Below are positions 52,506 through 64,000 of a DNA stretch of 64,000 nucleotides, piece by piece (the first letter of the stretch is position 1; each line of letters opens with the position of its first letter). Origin of the DNA: Octopus bimaculoides (lineage: Eukaryota); the NCBI RefSeq assembly GCF_001194135.2, contig NC_068997.1, forward strand, positions 7,983,203 to 8,047,202, written 5' to 3'. The notes beneath the pieces are model-generated. The model saw only the letters and a program-made list of their open reading frames with translations. It ran no database searches and had not been told where the DNA came from. A program made the position numbers and the translations under genes.

Positions 52506-52705
52506 ACTCTTACTGATCATGTAAGAGAGTAATGAATCTGTAATGAAATGACAATATATGCTGAAAACGGTCAGGTTAATCCCTTTTTCTGGCTACAAGG
52601 ATAAAAACGCAGAGCTTAACCAAATCTGTTTTCCACATTATGGCTGAAAATGTGTCTTGACTAAAAATAAATACTTGTAAGGTTACCTTATAGCATTTTA
52701 TATAT

Positions 52706-52737
<32 letters not shown>

Positions 52738-52968
52738 CAAATGACTATTTATGATGGAATCAGATTTCTAAAAGTGTTAATACTTACCATGTCTCTTTTG
52801 AAAATCTGAAAGAATAAATAGAAATAATTGCCGTCAATCAATAAATTGAAACCATGCAAACATCTTCAGGCACGAGGCTCTGGAAAATCAGTATAAATCC
52901 ATCATGCTTCATGCAGTATATGTATGTGTGTGTGTGTGTGTGTGCTTGTGTGTGTGTGTGTGTGTATA

Positions 52969-52999
<31 letters not shown>

Positions 53000-55900
53000 C
53001 AAACTGTGGAAAATAGGTCCTTCAAAGGGGTGTGTTAAACATCCAGTTCACTGGTATGTCAGTTGAATACCATATAAATATGGCTATAATGCAATTACAA
53101 AGATAAATTAAATACCTTTTTTGTTTTTTTTAATAATTGTTTATGTTATACGATAATATGTTATATTATATTCGTAGTATATTATGTAATATCATAATGT
53201 AAATAAATTAAAGGATTGTCAATAGTATCTCTCTAATTTATCTTTATATATCATCATCATCATCATCATTTAACGTCCGCTTTCCATGCTAGCATAAGTT
53301 GGGCGATTTGACTGAGGACTGGCGAACCAGATGGCTGCACCAGGCTCCAATCTGATCTGGCAGAGTTTCTACAGCTGGATGCCCTTCCTAACGCCAACCA
53401 CTCCGAGAGTGTAGTGGGTGCTTTTACGTGCCACCAGCACAAGGGGCAGTCGGACGGTACTGGCAACGGCCACGCTCAAATGGTATTTTTTACGTGCCAC
53501 CTGCACAGGAGTCAGTCCAGCAGCACTGGCAACGACCTTGCTTGAATGTTTTGTTCATGTGCCACTGGCGCAAGTGCCAGTAAGGCAACGCTGGTAACGA
53601 TCACGCTCAAATGGTGCTTTTTACGTGCCACTGGCATGGAAGCCAGACAGCTGCCCTGGCAATGATCCCGCTCAGATGGTGCTGTTAGCGCTCCATTGGC
53701 ATGGGTGCCAGTCATCGAATTTGGTTTAATTTCGATTTCACTTGTGCCAACAGGTCTTCGCAAGCTGAGTTTAGTGTCCAATGAAGGAAGGTTGGCATGG
53801 TTGCCAGTCATTGAATTTGGTTCAATTTCGATAAGAAAGAAAATGTGGAAGATAAAATTTCAACAAGATTAGTTTATTTAAAAATTTCTAATTTATTTTA
53901 TAATTATGAAAATATAAATTGTTTTTACACTTTACAATTTAATAAACTACATTATTAAATGTTGATAATGAGAAAGAAGTGTTGAAATGTAATGTTGAAT
54001 TATGAAGCAAAAACATTCATTCTGTCTCTGTTATGAGCAGTTATATCAAAGTCACGGTGTCTCTGCTTGGACATATGTAAAGAAATCTGTACAACATTAT
54101 ACTGAATGTCTGTAGGAGATGGAATGCAAGAATTATTATAATAGTCAAAGTTAATGCTTGATGAAGAAGCTTGGAATTCTCTCTATAAGGGGATATCAAA
54201 GGTCTTTTATTTATGGATATACAGTCTCTAAAGTGTAAGCTAGCCACAGGAGTACCTCTCCAACCTATACATTGTTTGGACAGACAAGCCTAAAACTAAC
54301 ATAAAGTGCTGAAGTTTCATCCAGATGCAGATCAAAATTACTGGGTATATATAAATAGATTTTGAAAGCTCTTTGATACTAGGTGAATTGCAGAACTTCT
54401 ACTCAAGCAGAAGATAGGATAGAAATATTACTAAAAATATAAAAATTGTTCCATATGATTGTTTTACAAAAGGTCTTCCCAAACAACCTTCTAAGAAAAT
54501 AGATTTAGGCATTTATAATATCATGACTTTAAGGCACAATAGGATAATTTATGAAATATCCATGTAGGGACTGTAAAATAAAATATAATAAAGACTGTAA
54601 CGACCTTGCGACCAGGAAATGGTAACGAAGGAATGGCTCCTTTAACGCATCGCACAGTCGGCACAAATATAAAAAACAAGAAATGGAAATGAGGTTAAAA
54701 TGAGTTAAGTGCCAACAAGGAAAAGAGAGACACAAATGGTAAAAAGTATGAGAAAGGTTTTATTGGTTGTCAACTAGAATGTCTGTGTGTGTGTGTGTTT
54801 GTGTGTGAATGCGACATAACAAAACACAATAATAGACAAGCTGTCATATAAACAATGAGTGTGTGTATACAAACATGTGTATGTGAGTGCGAGAGATAGA
54901 GAGCATAGAAAAGAGTCTATAAGGGCGTTAGAAGAAAGTCCAGACACAAGGATGAGAAATACCAGTTCGTATTCAAGGTACACAGTGGTTGAGGTGCTAT
55001 ACAAGAAGTCGTGGCCGTATAGCAGAGCCGGAGAAAAGATACTGTCGCCCGAGAAGTTGAGGCTTCAATGCTGTGGCCGGTTACTAGGTACAGGAGTTCT
55101 CACAGGTTGTACTCGGTGTTAACCATGGTGAAGCAATTCACACAAACAGTATTGAGAGAACCTGTGTGGGTGTTGTTGGTGGTGTGTAACGTAGAGACGT
55201 CGGTGTAAAAACTAAGAACCAATGCAATCATTACATCAATTTAAATACACACACACAGACATGCATATATATATATATATAAATATATATATAATAAAAA
55301 ATACACATTAAGTAAAGGACATCACCAGCAGGGCATCAAGCATCTCTGGGTATTCTTTCTCATGCCAACCATTTTACTGAATGTACTGGCTGTATTTTAC
55401 TATGACAGTACCCTCATCTATTTTACACAGAATTCATAACCACTAAACACTAGAATAGTTTTGATTAAATAATTTTGAGATAGTACTTACCTGGTGTATT
55501 TCTTCTGTAAATATTCCAATCACCCACACAATAAGAAGCCATTCTAGATAAAAAATCTGAGGTTTCAGCTCAACAAGTAACACATAGCTATAAATTCCAA
55601 GGAAAATTATATAAAATATCTGGAAGAGAAAAAGAATTTGAGGAACATTAAATTTATTGTCACAAGGATTTGATGTCAAATACTTGATTATATTTAAACA
55701 AAAGGAACACATGGGAGAAGATTAAAAACTGAAAACCCATTTTTATTTTCTCACATATATTCTTTTTACATCTGCTGTGTTTAAATGTAAAGAATGAACT
55801 AGAAGGGTGTAAGTAAAATTGTCAAAATCTATGCTTTGAGCTAAATATGAATATGTGCATACATGAATGTGTATGTGTTCTTTTGTATGTTGGTACATGA

Positions 55901-57431
55901 GTGTGTGGGTGTCTGTATGTCAGCACAATCCTGTCCTTGGTTATACGTGTGTATATGTATGTACATGTGTATGTCTTGATATATCTGTACATATGTAAAT
56001 GTGTGTGTATGTGTGTGCATATTGTCTGTGTATATGAATATTTACATGTGTGTACTTCCTATCAGCTGAAACACAGTTTTGTTGTTAAGATCATTTTGAA
56101 ATCTTGCTGCCACAGGTTCAATCCTACAACATGGAATCTTGGGCAAGTATCTTCTACCCATAGTCTTAGAGTGACCAAAACAGGGTGAGTAAATTTTATG
56201 TCATGAGGAAGAAAAAAAGTTTTAATATTTCAAACTCTTCTCCCTCTTAACAGAGAGAAAGGGAGGGAGAGTGGGAGAGAGAGAAAGAGGGAGAGAAGGA
56301 GAGAGAGACTATAATTTTATTTAGATTCATAAATTAGTAATGCAGATACAAATAAAGGGGAGAAATAACAACTGGAACATTCATTGTTGAAACCTAAAGA
56401 GGAGCTGTTAACTTCTTATGAGGAGAGGTGAAGGATGGAATTCAGTATATGAGAGTAACTGAATCCAGAAAGAAACAGAGGCTGTATTTTGACATTTCTA
56501 AAGATTAAAATGCTACAAAAATGGAATTATTTAAATGGCGATTCAAACTATTTAGTCTTTAACTGAGACAGTGGAGTAATATTAATTTCAAATTTTGGTT
56601 CAAGGCCAGCAATTTCAGGGATGAGTAAGTCAATTACATTGACTGACCCCAGTACTCAACTGATATTTATTGACCCCAAAAGGATGAAATATAAAGTCAA
56701 CCCTGGCTGAATTTGAACTCTGAATGTAAAAACAGAAGAAATGCCACTAACCATTTTGCCTGGTGCAGCAACGATTCTTTAGACAATGAAGTAACATTAA
56801 TTTCTGAGGTAAAAGGGATCTAAGTTTAGGGGCTGGTCTAGTCACTTAAAACAATACCAGCATTTGTCTGGTATCATATTACTGACCCCAGAAGGAAGAA
56901 GAGCAAAGTTAACCCTAGAAAGATCTGAATGTAGAATGAAGAAGGGCTCTAATTAAAAACATCAAAGCATCTTTTGTCTGATTTTCATCTAATTCTATCA
57001 AGAAATATTAAAAACAAATTAACTTATTTAAATATGCTCACATTTCAGTGAAGTTTAATAAACAAAATACCTTCTCAAAAATATTAAGTCTTCAACTTTT
57101 TTCATCTCGTTTTAAAGGTGTTATTCAAAAGAAGAAGGGCAGTGAGAAATTGGAAGAAGAAATCAAACACTTTTGTAAAATTTGTTTTAAAAGAGTAAAT
57201 GTTTTCTTCTCTCTTAGAATTTATTTGAAAGGAAAATTTACCCACACAAAGAAACATTTAAATATTTATGTGTTGGTACATACCAAATTGCTCAAAAACT
57301 TTACGACAGGAGTATTATAAAATGATGCGCATCTGTAGAACATACTGCAACATTCTCCACATGACTTGCAGCAACATCTAGATCTGAATTAGAATAATTT
57401 ATTTTACTAATTAATAATAAATTGCAAATAA

Positions 57432-57474
<43 letters not shown>

Positions 57475-57955
57475 ACCATCTGAGAATATAAAATACAATT
57501 GTAACATGGAAGTCATCTCTAACAGACAAGCAGGTAACTAAAACCATCCCCTTGTCACTTCACATCATTTTAAGTCACTGATGCAGTCAAACCCCTTAGC
57601 CTCAAATCATTCATGTGCAGCAGCACAACCAAACAATGTGAACACTTGGTAAACCTCATCCAATTTCACTAATTGGGACAGATTATTCCCATCACAGTAG
57701 CAATCTATTGCAGCACATCATATCAGACCTTAATCTAGATAACTCCAGCAGAACCGTATCTACTCTTGTGTGGATATACACTCTGCCTGCTAGTTTGTTT
57801 GCCATTCTTTCAAGTACAGTACCAAAAATAATGGATAACTGCTTTACTCTATGGATGACTGGAAAGTGGGATGACACAACACCAAGTCAAAGATTCATTA
57901 AATGGTAGTTTGTCAATTGATTCAATCCTAATATATAGATGGTACTTATGTTAGC

Positions 57956-57998
<43 letters not shown>

Positions 57999-60900
57999 GT
58001 TTAACGTCCGCTTTCCATGCTAGCATGGGTTGGACGACTTGACTGAGGACTGGTGAAACCGGATGGCAACACCAGGCTCCAATCTAAATTTGGCAGAGTT
58101 TCTACAGCTGGATGCCCTTCCTGACGCCAACCACTCAGAGAGTGTAGACCACTCAGAGAAAAAAATTGAAAATCAAAATTTTGGCCAGTGGAAAGCATAA
58201 CAGTCTTGTTTCATCATTAGGTTAAAAGTGACTCAGACACATGTCATGACTGGAAGAATGATATTGTAAAGAGTTGGTGTTAGAGGGAGATTAGATGAGA
58301 GAATTAGCAGCAAGTCAGGTTAAGTGATGGTGGTATTTAAGAGAATAAATAGAAACTGCTGAGACGAGTGATAATCTGCATCACAAGTGGAATAAGTAAT
58401 TTTACCAAGAGACATGGGGAGAGGTCTGATGTTTTCTGAAGTAGTAAACATTCTTAATAACGAATTAAATATGTTGTGTGTCCTGAAGTGAGTAATATCT
58501 ATGGGAGAGGATCAATAATTGCTGTGTTAGATCCCAAATGAAAAGATATTTGCAAGTCAGGGACAAACCAACAACAATGGATGAAATGTAGTAAAAAATT
58601 TCAGATGTGACATGTGGTCACATGTCTGATTAATATCCTCTTGATAATCATAAAAATAAATACAACTTACGATTTGTTCGTTTCTTCATCATCGTCCTGC
58701 AAATATGAATGGAGGTATAACTTAAGAATATATAATAGATCTGTTTTATTATATTTTGTTGTCTACATGTTAAGATATATTTACAGTTATTAATATTACC
58801 ACAGTCATATCATCAGATTTCTGGCAATGTTATATCTATTACATGTTTAAGCTTTCAATTTTTCCTGGCAATATATCCAATACAGAATAATATTCTAATA
58901 GTGTTCTGGTTACATATATTGCTTCAATCAAGTCATAAGCTAAGAAAATGGAACTTGCAACATGTATGGATAAAATAATTGGTCTCTTGATAGAAACATT
59001 TTATAACAAAAATTTGATGATTCTAATTTTAAATGTTGCAAGACATAGTATTTTACTGGTTCCTACAACATAGTTATTTGTGAATATGATATAATTGCAG
59101 AGAGAGAGTGAAAGTGTGTGTGTGGGGGGGATGCGTGTGTGTGTGTGTGTGTTCCTGTTGCTCTGAATTATAGTTGGCTATTTTGATAAGAAAACCAATA
59201 TATTCATACCAATATGTCATCAAAGAATTTTATGACGATACTATTATGATAATAATTCTGAGATTATTAGTAATCATAAGCTATGACAGTAATAAAGTAA
59301 CAAACATTACCTGGTCGTCGTTGTCATGAAAACATATCAAAAATATAAACAATGGGCACAATGTACAGAGTAGCAACTGAAAGAAGAATAAAAATAAGAA
59401 ATTGTTATTTTCATTTCAAAAAAAAAAAACTATGGAGAAATATTCAAGGATGCACTTAATATAAAAACCTGACAGTAAAGTTGGTATCAATATATAAAAT
59501 AATGAAAATCAATTAAAAATAGACATTGAACAATGCAACTTGAAATGAATATGATGTTGGCAGAATAATGTCAACTCGGGACCTGTTGCATATGTAAACT
59601 ATATAATATATAAAGAAAAAAAATGCATATAAACAGTATAATACATATAATATGTGTATACAGGTAAACAATATAATATACAGATTTAAATATTTTTAAA
59701 GGTTATGATACATGTAATCATGTAATCTGTGTATGTGTAGAATATATATGTGTAAAATATGATACATGTAAGTTAGATAATACATGAACAATATATGATG
59801 TGTAAATTTTATATGAGAATTTAAGTTCTCTACCATCCATATTTTGGTCTTTTTACTCATTTTTCCCATCCAAATTTTGGTCAACAAAGACTGACAAGCA
59901 GCCTGGGATACAAATTTCTTATTGTTAACATTAAATGCTATTTTCATGCATGAAGCATCATTCCAAGATTTCCGTTGTAGCAGCAGTAAATCTAATGTCC
60001 CTTTTTCATCTGCGTAGTAACATTCAGTCAAAACTCCAATGGCATGTTCTTCATAAAGACTAAAATTAACAGAAAAATCAGTATTTATGAAAGTTCCAAA
60101 TCAAATGAAAGACAAAATATTTACATATTTATAATCAACAAACTTTAACTTCAATATTGATTGGAGAAAAATTCTTGTGCATACTAAGTTGCCACTGTGA
60201 TTCTCTGTTTTTATTTAGCATATAGACATTTTTAACAATGTAAGCATCAACAAATATCCACCTATCCATACATACTTTTATATATATACTCACTCAGCAT
60301 GTTCCTGTAGTTGGATCCTTTTGTCATAATCTTTACACTTTTCTTTCAATGATATGAGCAACTTATTCGCAATTAGAGCAGATGGTAACGCGCCCTAGTA
60401 AAATGACAATTGTATCAAAATACTAAATGTGAACACATTTAATCGCAATATACATAAGATAAATTAAATTACGAGACACAAGAAGATATAAAAAAATATT
60501 TTACTATTTATTCATTAATTATGACTTTTAAAGTCCCTTACTACATGATGTTTGCTCCGTATTTGCCCAATACTGGTATTAAGAGGGACGATTTTTAGAA
60601 ATAGCACTTTGTTGCATTCAGTTTCAAATTCTGCCAAAGTTTCATATGCCCAAAGTCATACCATACCATTGCAAATGAATAGCCTTGCGTTCATATAAAA
60701 AAACACTGACTAATTTGCTTAACCATGTTAAATACAGCTTAAAGTATAATTCATAAGCTGTGAGAAAACATCAATATCTTTTACCTAAATTCTGACTTTT
60801 TGTAATATTATTTGAAGAAAAGCAACAAAAATTCAATAGGTTATAGCAGTACGTACGTTTCGTACAAACTTCATTTATTCATGTAGTGAGAACACTACAT

Positions 60901-61575
60901 AAAATGTACAATGAAAATGTACTCCTCAGCTGCATAATGTACATTTTATGAAGTTTGTACGAAACGTACGTACTGCTATAACCTATTGAATTTTTGTTGC
61001 TTTTCTTCAAATTTTATTCACCAAATTTCTTGATTTTGTTTTTGGTTTTTACCCTACCAAATTCTGGTGTTTCAAACATTTTAAGTACCACATTTAATCT
61101 TTTTATTAAATCTATATTATTATTTTTGTAATATTATTTAAAAGGGGTGAATAGTTAAATAATAGAACTGCTGATAACTGAATCAATAAAGTGCCAGGAC
61201 AGCAAAGGAAACAATGTTAGTACCAGAACTAGACAGACTTTGTGGTAAAAAAACATGACTGTTTCTGGATCCACTTTAACCTAAATGTAAATAAAAGTAT
61301 TATTGTTGTAAGAAGTAGATGTACAGTAAATTTAATAAGTATGTTTTCATCTTGGAGTGCTGTGTTTAACTCTTTCTCTGGGACTGAAGAATTTAATGAG
61401 GTGTCAGTCCAATGTTTCAACCTCATAAAAGAGTTATGATTACCTCAGTAAACCTCAATTGCTCTGCTTACAGACTACAAGTGATGTCTTATATCTAATA
61501 ATCACTTCTACATTAAATTAATCTAATACTGCTTAGTAATTGCCATCCTTAGCTCTTCAAATGCAACGAAGAACA

Positions 61576-61620
<45 letters not shown>

Positions 61621-62441
61621 CAGCAGCAGTAAGATAATATATGTATACTTTCCAAAAATATCTTCAAAAAGAAGAAGCTTCCTTGGCTGAGCAGTGCATA
61701 GTCTGGTGCTCTATCAAAATAATAAATATGTAAATAACTATTTTATTCTGTATTGCAACCCAGTTATTCCTCAGAAGAAAATAATTAGGACAGCAAGGTG
61801 GCAGAAATGTCAAGGAGTCAAATGTCTTACAATATTTTAGCTTTTTTACTCTACAGTTTGAGTTGAAGAACCAATATGGTTGACTGGTTAAGTGACTATA
61901 CTTGTGCTCTGAAAAAAACTTGCCTTGTATCTAGACAAATGAGTCATTTATGTGGCTCTTGCAACAAACCAACTTACCATGCCTTCTTTCCAAAATAGAA
62001 AAGCCATTTCTTTTCTGTTCAAAAACAATGCCCATAAGAACAATTTTATTGCAATGTGAAAGCTATCTGAAATAAGAAGCAGACAAATAAAAAAAATGTG
62101 ATACAATTAATTCAAATACTAGGAATAAAAAGAAAACAGAAAACTGAAGAAAATTATTACAGATTTTATCTGACCATCTATTTTCTAAATTTGACCATTT
62201 TCTGGACTCCTGAGAAGCAAAACAAAAAAAAACAAAAATATGAAAAAAAAATTAACTTCAGAAATATTTAACTTAAATATTATGATATTATTCTACAACT
62301 TCTGCTAAATCAATGCATTAAAATTGATTTCAAATTTTAGCACAAGGCCAGCAATTTCAGGAGAAAGGTATAAACACAGAGTATAAAGATGGCCAAAATG
62401 CATTCTGTCCAGCATGTTACTGATTCTGCCAGTTCACCACT

Positions 62442-62476
<35 letters not shown>

Positions 62477-63518
62477 CCTTTCTACTAAAAGCACAAAGCT
62501 TGACACTTGAGGGGAGGGGACTAATTGATTACATTGACCCCAATACTCAACTGGTACTTATTTTATCAACCCTGAAAGGATGAAAGGCAAAATCAACTTC
62601 AATGGAGTTTGAGCTCAGAAAATAAGGATGGACGAAATACCGCTAAACATTTCGCCTGGTTTGCCTCATTGCCTTAATAATAACAATAATAATAATCGTA
62701 ATAATAGTTTCACATTTTGTCACAAGGGCAGCAATTTGGATGGAGGGGACAAGTCGATTACATTGACCCCAGTATTCAGCTGGTACTTTAATTTTATCAA
62801 CACCAAAAAGATGAAAGGCAAAGTTGACCTCGGTAGAATCTGAACTCAGAATGGAGTGATGATTGAAATGCCTCGAAGCATTTCATTCAGTGTACTAACC
62901 ATTCTGGCAGCTCACCACCTTCATACTTACTACCACTACTACTAATAATAATAATAATAATGATAAATCTTTCTACTAAAAGTACAAAGCCTGAAGTTTA
63001 GTGGGAAGGGACTAGTCAATTACATCAACCCCAGTGTTTCACTGGTATTTCATTTATCAAACCTAAAAGGATAAAAAGCAAAGTCGACCTTGGTGTAATT
63101 TGAGCTCAGAACGTAAGGATAGACCAAATGCCACTAAGCATTTTGCCCAGCATGCAAACGTTTCAACCAGCTTACTGGCTTAATAATAATAATAATAATA
63201 ATAACAAGAATGATCCCTGGCTTACCATCCATGCAAGAAGTGCAAAAGATTGTTTTAATTGCTATGTCACACATACTGAGAAGAGGAGAATTGTTGCTGT
63301 GAATTTTTCCCAGTTTTTCTTTGCTTTCTTTTCTTCATTTTTTCTCTTTTTCTTTTCTTTCTTTCCTCCCGTTTTTTTTCTATAACATATCTTGACTTTG
63401 TAAATGAACAATCTGGTATGTTTACTTTAATACCCTACCAATGTATGCAGTAAGTTTCTCTGTCCTATGTGTCAGGAAGACACTCAGCAAGAAATGGAAA
63501 CAAAATTGAAAGAAGACA

Positions 63519-63551
<33 letters not shown>

Positions 63552-63651
63552 TATAATAATAATGACCTGTTTTCCTTTCTGCAAAATATCCATCATTCAT
63601 GAGGTTATTGAGTAAAGAAACTCCATCTTTAATGCTAATATCTTTATTTTT
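42346..63651 (-). CDS. TRPM: TRPM-family cation channel, 3' part of a spliced gene (about 616-626 aa within the window; 5' exons beyond the right edge)
   Basis: Hand-spliced exons give one open frame with TRPM hallmarks: LFLWALFLNRKEMAFLFW, ALIANKLL, CQSLLTKIWMG, FYNTPVVKF, EEIHQ...WNVVD, GPKLIMIKKM, YFHMYGELFLEE, NILLLNLLIAMFS and TRP box WSFQRY. All introns are GT-AG with matching phases. Confidence 0.95.
43893..44016 (-). CDS. TRPM: TRPM exon coiled coil: IDQLEISK...ILNQRLQNIEEK
   Basis: tttatcattgcag acceptor (phase 2), AAG|gtttgt donor; heptad-like pattern. A short phase 2-2 exon upstream may have been missed. Confidence 0.7.
44640..45194 (-). mobile_element. hAT transposase C-terminal remnant (dimerisation domain) in a TRPM intron; 177-bp part duplicated at 38596-38772
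   Basis: LYDQIVERYMFLSKL...QFSDY, then after a frameshift LTEVFLSIIAALKEYLTMAITSCEAERNFSNL, matching the hATC T-S-C-x-A-E-R-x-F-S motif. Confidence 0.75.
46095..46570 (+). mobile_element. RTE-clade LINE 3' fragment in a TRPM intron
   Basis: FCYLGD...SERIAARIRIAWAKFRE...KGLLLRVK.RLYDACV...GSETW...RGRPRKTWDEVV. Confidence 0.85.
46708..46825 (-). CDS. TRPM: TRPM exon rib helix: RIHETDLEKENEKNLILWEDQMVDSYIARQNKSDSKKN
   Basis: ttcttccacag acceptor, TT|gtaagt donor; L..WE....Y motif. Confidence 0.88.
47470..47700 (+). mobile_element. RTE-BovB-like RT N-terminal fragment
   Basis: GNIPAELLKHEGEVTIPICNKIW. Confidence 0.55.
47810..48000 (-). CDS. TRPM: TRPM exon TRP helix/box: STFQKVQEKSHLHWSFQRYELIFEFSIRPPLPPPF...KSAF
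   Basis: tttcatttcag acceptor, T|gtaaat donor, phase 2 to 1. Confidence 0.95.
49553..49676 (-). CDS. TRPM: TRPM exon outer pore and S6: DCNVSDSKCPSELG...NILLLNLLIAMFS
   Basis: ctttgtttcag acceptor, AG|gtaaaa donor, phase 1 to 2. Confidence 0.95.
51211..51385 (-). CDS. TRPM: TRPM exon S5, pore helix and filter: MQDLGYF...RKAYFHMYGELFLEEYE
   Basis: ttattctttcag acceptor, G|gtaaac donor, phase 0 to 1. Confidence 0.95.
51709..51954 (-). CDS. TRPM: TRPM exon S3-S4: MLTKSSNSLRSKL...WNVVD...HLGPKLIMIKKM
   Basis: cttacatttcag acceptor, ATG|gtgagt donor, 246 nt. Confidence 0.95.
52788..52805 (-). CDS. TRPM: Candidate optional 18-nt TRPM micro-exon: IFKRDM (S2-S3 linker)
   Basis: tatttattctttcag acceptor and ATG|gtaagta donor, phase 0-0, no stop codon; not needed to keep the frame. 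Confidence 0.5.
54594..55250 (-). mobile_element. Possible solo LTR (gypsy-like); right boundary uncertain
   Basis: Minus strand ends ...cgcaaggtcgttaCA with an AATAAA upstream; GC-richer than flanks; no clear TSD found. Confidence 0.3.
55491..55619 (-). CDS. TRPM: TRPM exon S1-S2: IFYIIFLGIYSYVLLV...IVWVIGIFTEEIHQ
   Basis: ttctcttccag acceptor, CAG|gtaagt donor, 129 nt. Confidence 0.95.
57284..57383 (-). CDS. TRPM: TRPM exon: SRCCCKSCGECCSMFYRCASFYNTPVVKFLSNL
   Basis: ttctaattcag acceptor, TTG|gtatgt donor; FYNxPxVKF motif preceding S1. Confidence 0.92.
58200..58560 (-). mobile_element. CR1/L2-like LINE 3' remnant (a similar one at about 2250-2560 on minus)
   Basis: Decayed translation resembling the post-RT ...TR.S...SFF..T..LWN.L...F region; weak. 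Confidence 0.35.
58671..58696 (-). CDS. TRPM: TRPM 26-nt micro-exon: DDDEETNKS
   Basis: catatttgcag acceptor, TC|gtaagt donor; needed to bridge phase 0 to the phase-2 acceptor of the next exon. Confidence 0.8.
59311..59376 (-). CDS. TRPM: TRPM exon (pre-S1 helix): LLLCTLCPLFIFLICFHDNDDQ
   Basis: ttcttctttcag acceptor, CAG|gtaatg donor, 66 nt. Confidence 0.88.
59834..60059 (-). CDS. TRPM: TRPM exon: LYEEHAIGVLTECYYADEK...CQSLLTKIWMGKMSKKTKIWM
   Basis: taattttag acceptor, ATG|gtagag donor, phase 2 to 0. Confidence 0.92.
60294..60394 (-). CDS. TRPM: TRPM exon (MHR4): GALPSALIANKLLISLKEKCKDYDKRIQLQEHA
   Basis: cattttactag acceptor, GA|gtgagt donor, phase 0 to 2. Confidence 0.9.
60811..61011. 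repeat. Perfect 64-bp-arm inverted repeat with nested hairpins, in a TRPM intron
   Basis: 60811-60874 is the exact reverse complement of 60948-61011. Confidence 0.95.
61978..62066 (-). CDS. TRPM: TRPM exon (MHR4): SFHIAIKLFLWALFLNRKEMAFLFWKEGM
   Basis: cttatttcag acceptor, ATG|gtaagt donor; matches the LFLWA..NR.EMA..FW motif. Confidence 0.92.
62330..63200 (-). mobile_element. Head-to-tail array of four high-copy SINEs separated by (TAA)n/(TAC)n
   Basis: Consensus at about 62330-62440, 62470-62670, 62710-62920 and 62960-63200, all in one orientation. Further single copies at about 24030-24150, 50115-50285, 50450-50665, 52050-52250 and 56590-56780. Confidence 0.85.
63567..63651 (-). CDS. TRPM: TRPM exon (MHR region): KNKDISIKDGVSLLNNLMNDGYFAERKT
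   Basis: tttttaatttttcag acceptor, G|gtcatt donor, phase 0 to 1; joins the next exon in frame. Confidence 0.75.
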
Positions 63652-64000
63652 CTGAAAAATTAAAAAGAATGTCATATGTATGTATTATCATTTCAAGCTA
63701 TGTTGTAAATTATAAATCGAAATCGTAATTGAACCATATTCGATGACTGGCACCTGCGCCAGTGGAGCACTAACAGCACTGTCCGAGCATGTTCATTGCC
63801 AGAGCAGCTGTCTGGCTCCTATGCTAGTGGCCTGTAAATAGCACCATTTGAGCGTAATCGTTACCAGCGTCGCCTTCTAGCACTTGTGCTGGTGGCATGT
63901 TAGAAAATCATTCGAGCGAGGTCATTGCCAATGCCACTGGACTGGCTCCCGCTATGTTGTAAATTATAAATTATAAATGTATATATATATATATATATAT

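Noticed and set aside
62161-62209. Possible TRPM exon ESRKWSNLENRWSDKI
   Set aside because: Needs a phase-0 upstream donor, but the upstream exon ends in phase 1, and in phase 1 it contains a stop
63270-63379. Lys/Arg-rich open segment as an extra TRPM exon
   Set aside because: Purine-rich simple sequence; it would end in phase 2 with no compatible downstream exon, and the flanking exons already join in frame

Overview
AT-rich, microsatellite-dense animal (eukaryotic) genomic DNA from a gapped draft assembly. The SINE/LINE repertoire and simple-repeat load look octopus/cephalopod-like; this is an inference, no search was run. Two intron-containing genes were rebuilt by hand on the minus strand, with GT-AG boundaries and consistent intron phases. 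(1) The 3' part of a TRPM-family cation channel: 15 core exons plus one optional 18-nt micro-exon, 63651 to about 42346, covering late MHR, pre-S1, S1-S6, TRP box and coiled coil. Its 5' end lies beyond the window and no NUDT9-H or kinase exons are visible. (2) A complete 7-exon mARC/MOSC molybdoenzyme gene (37484-26353, 333 aa from the first ATG). The rest is mostly transposon debris: two mariner subfamilies, hAT remnants and MITEs, R4/Dong-, RTE-, L1/Tx1-, CR1- and Penelope-like fragments, and many tRNA-derived SINEs. There is also a 3.4-kb array of a 37-bp satellite with higher-order repeats. The most notable details are a frame-preserving 18-nt TRPM micro-exon next to the predicted Ca2+ site, a minimal hammerhead-ribozyme motif beside an inverted Penelope pair, a perfect 64-bp-arm nested palindrome, and a candidate signal-peptide ORF near 6.5 kb. 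No CRISPR array or prokaryote-type system is present, and I found nothing I can confidently call a new biological system.
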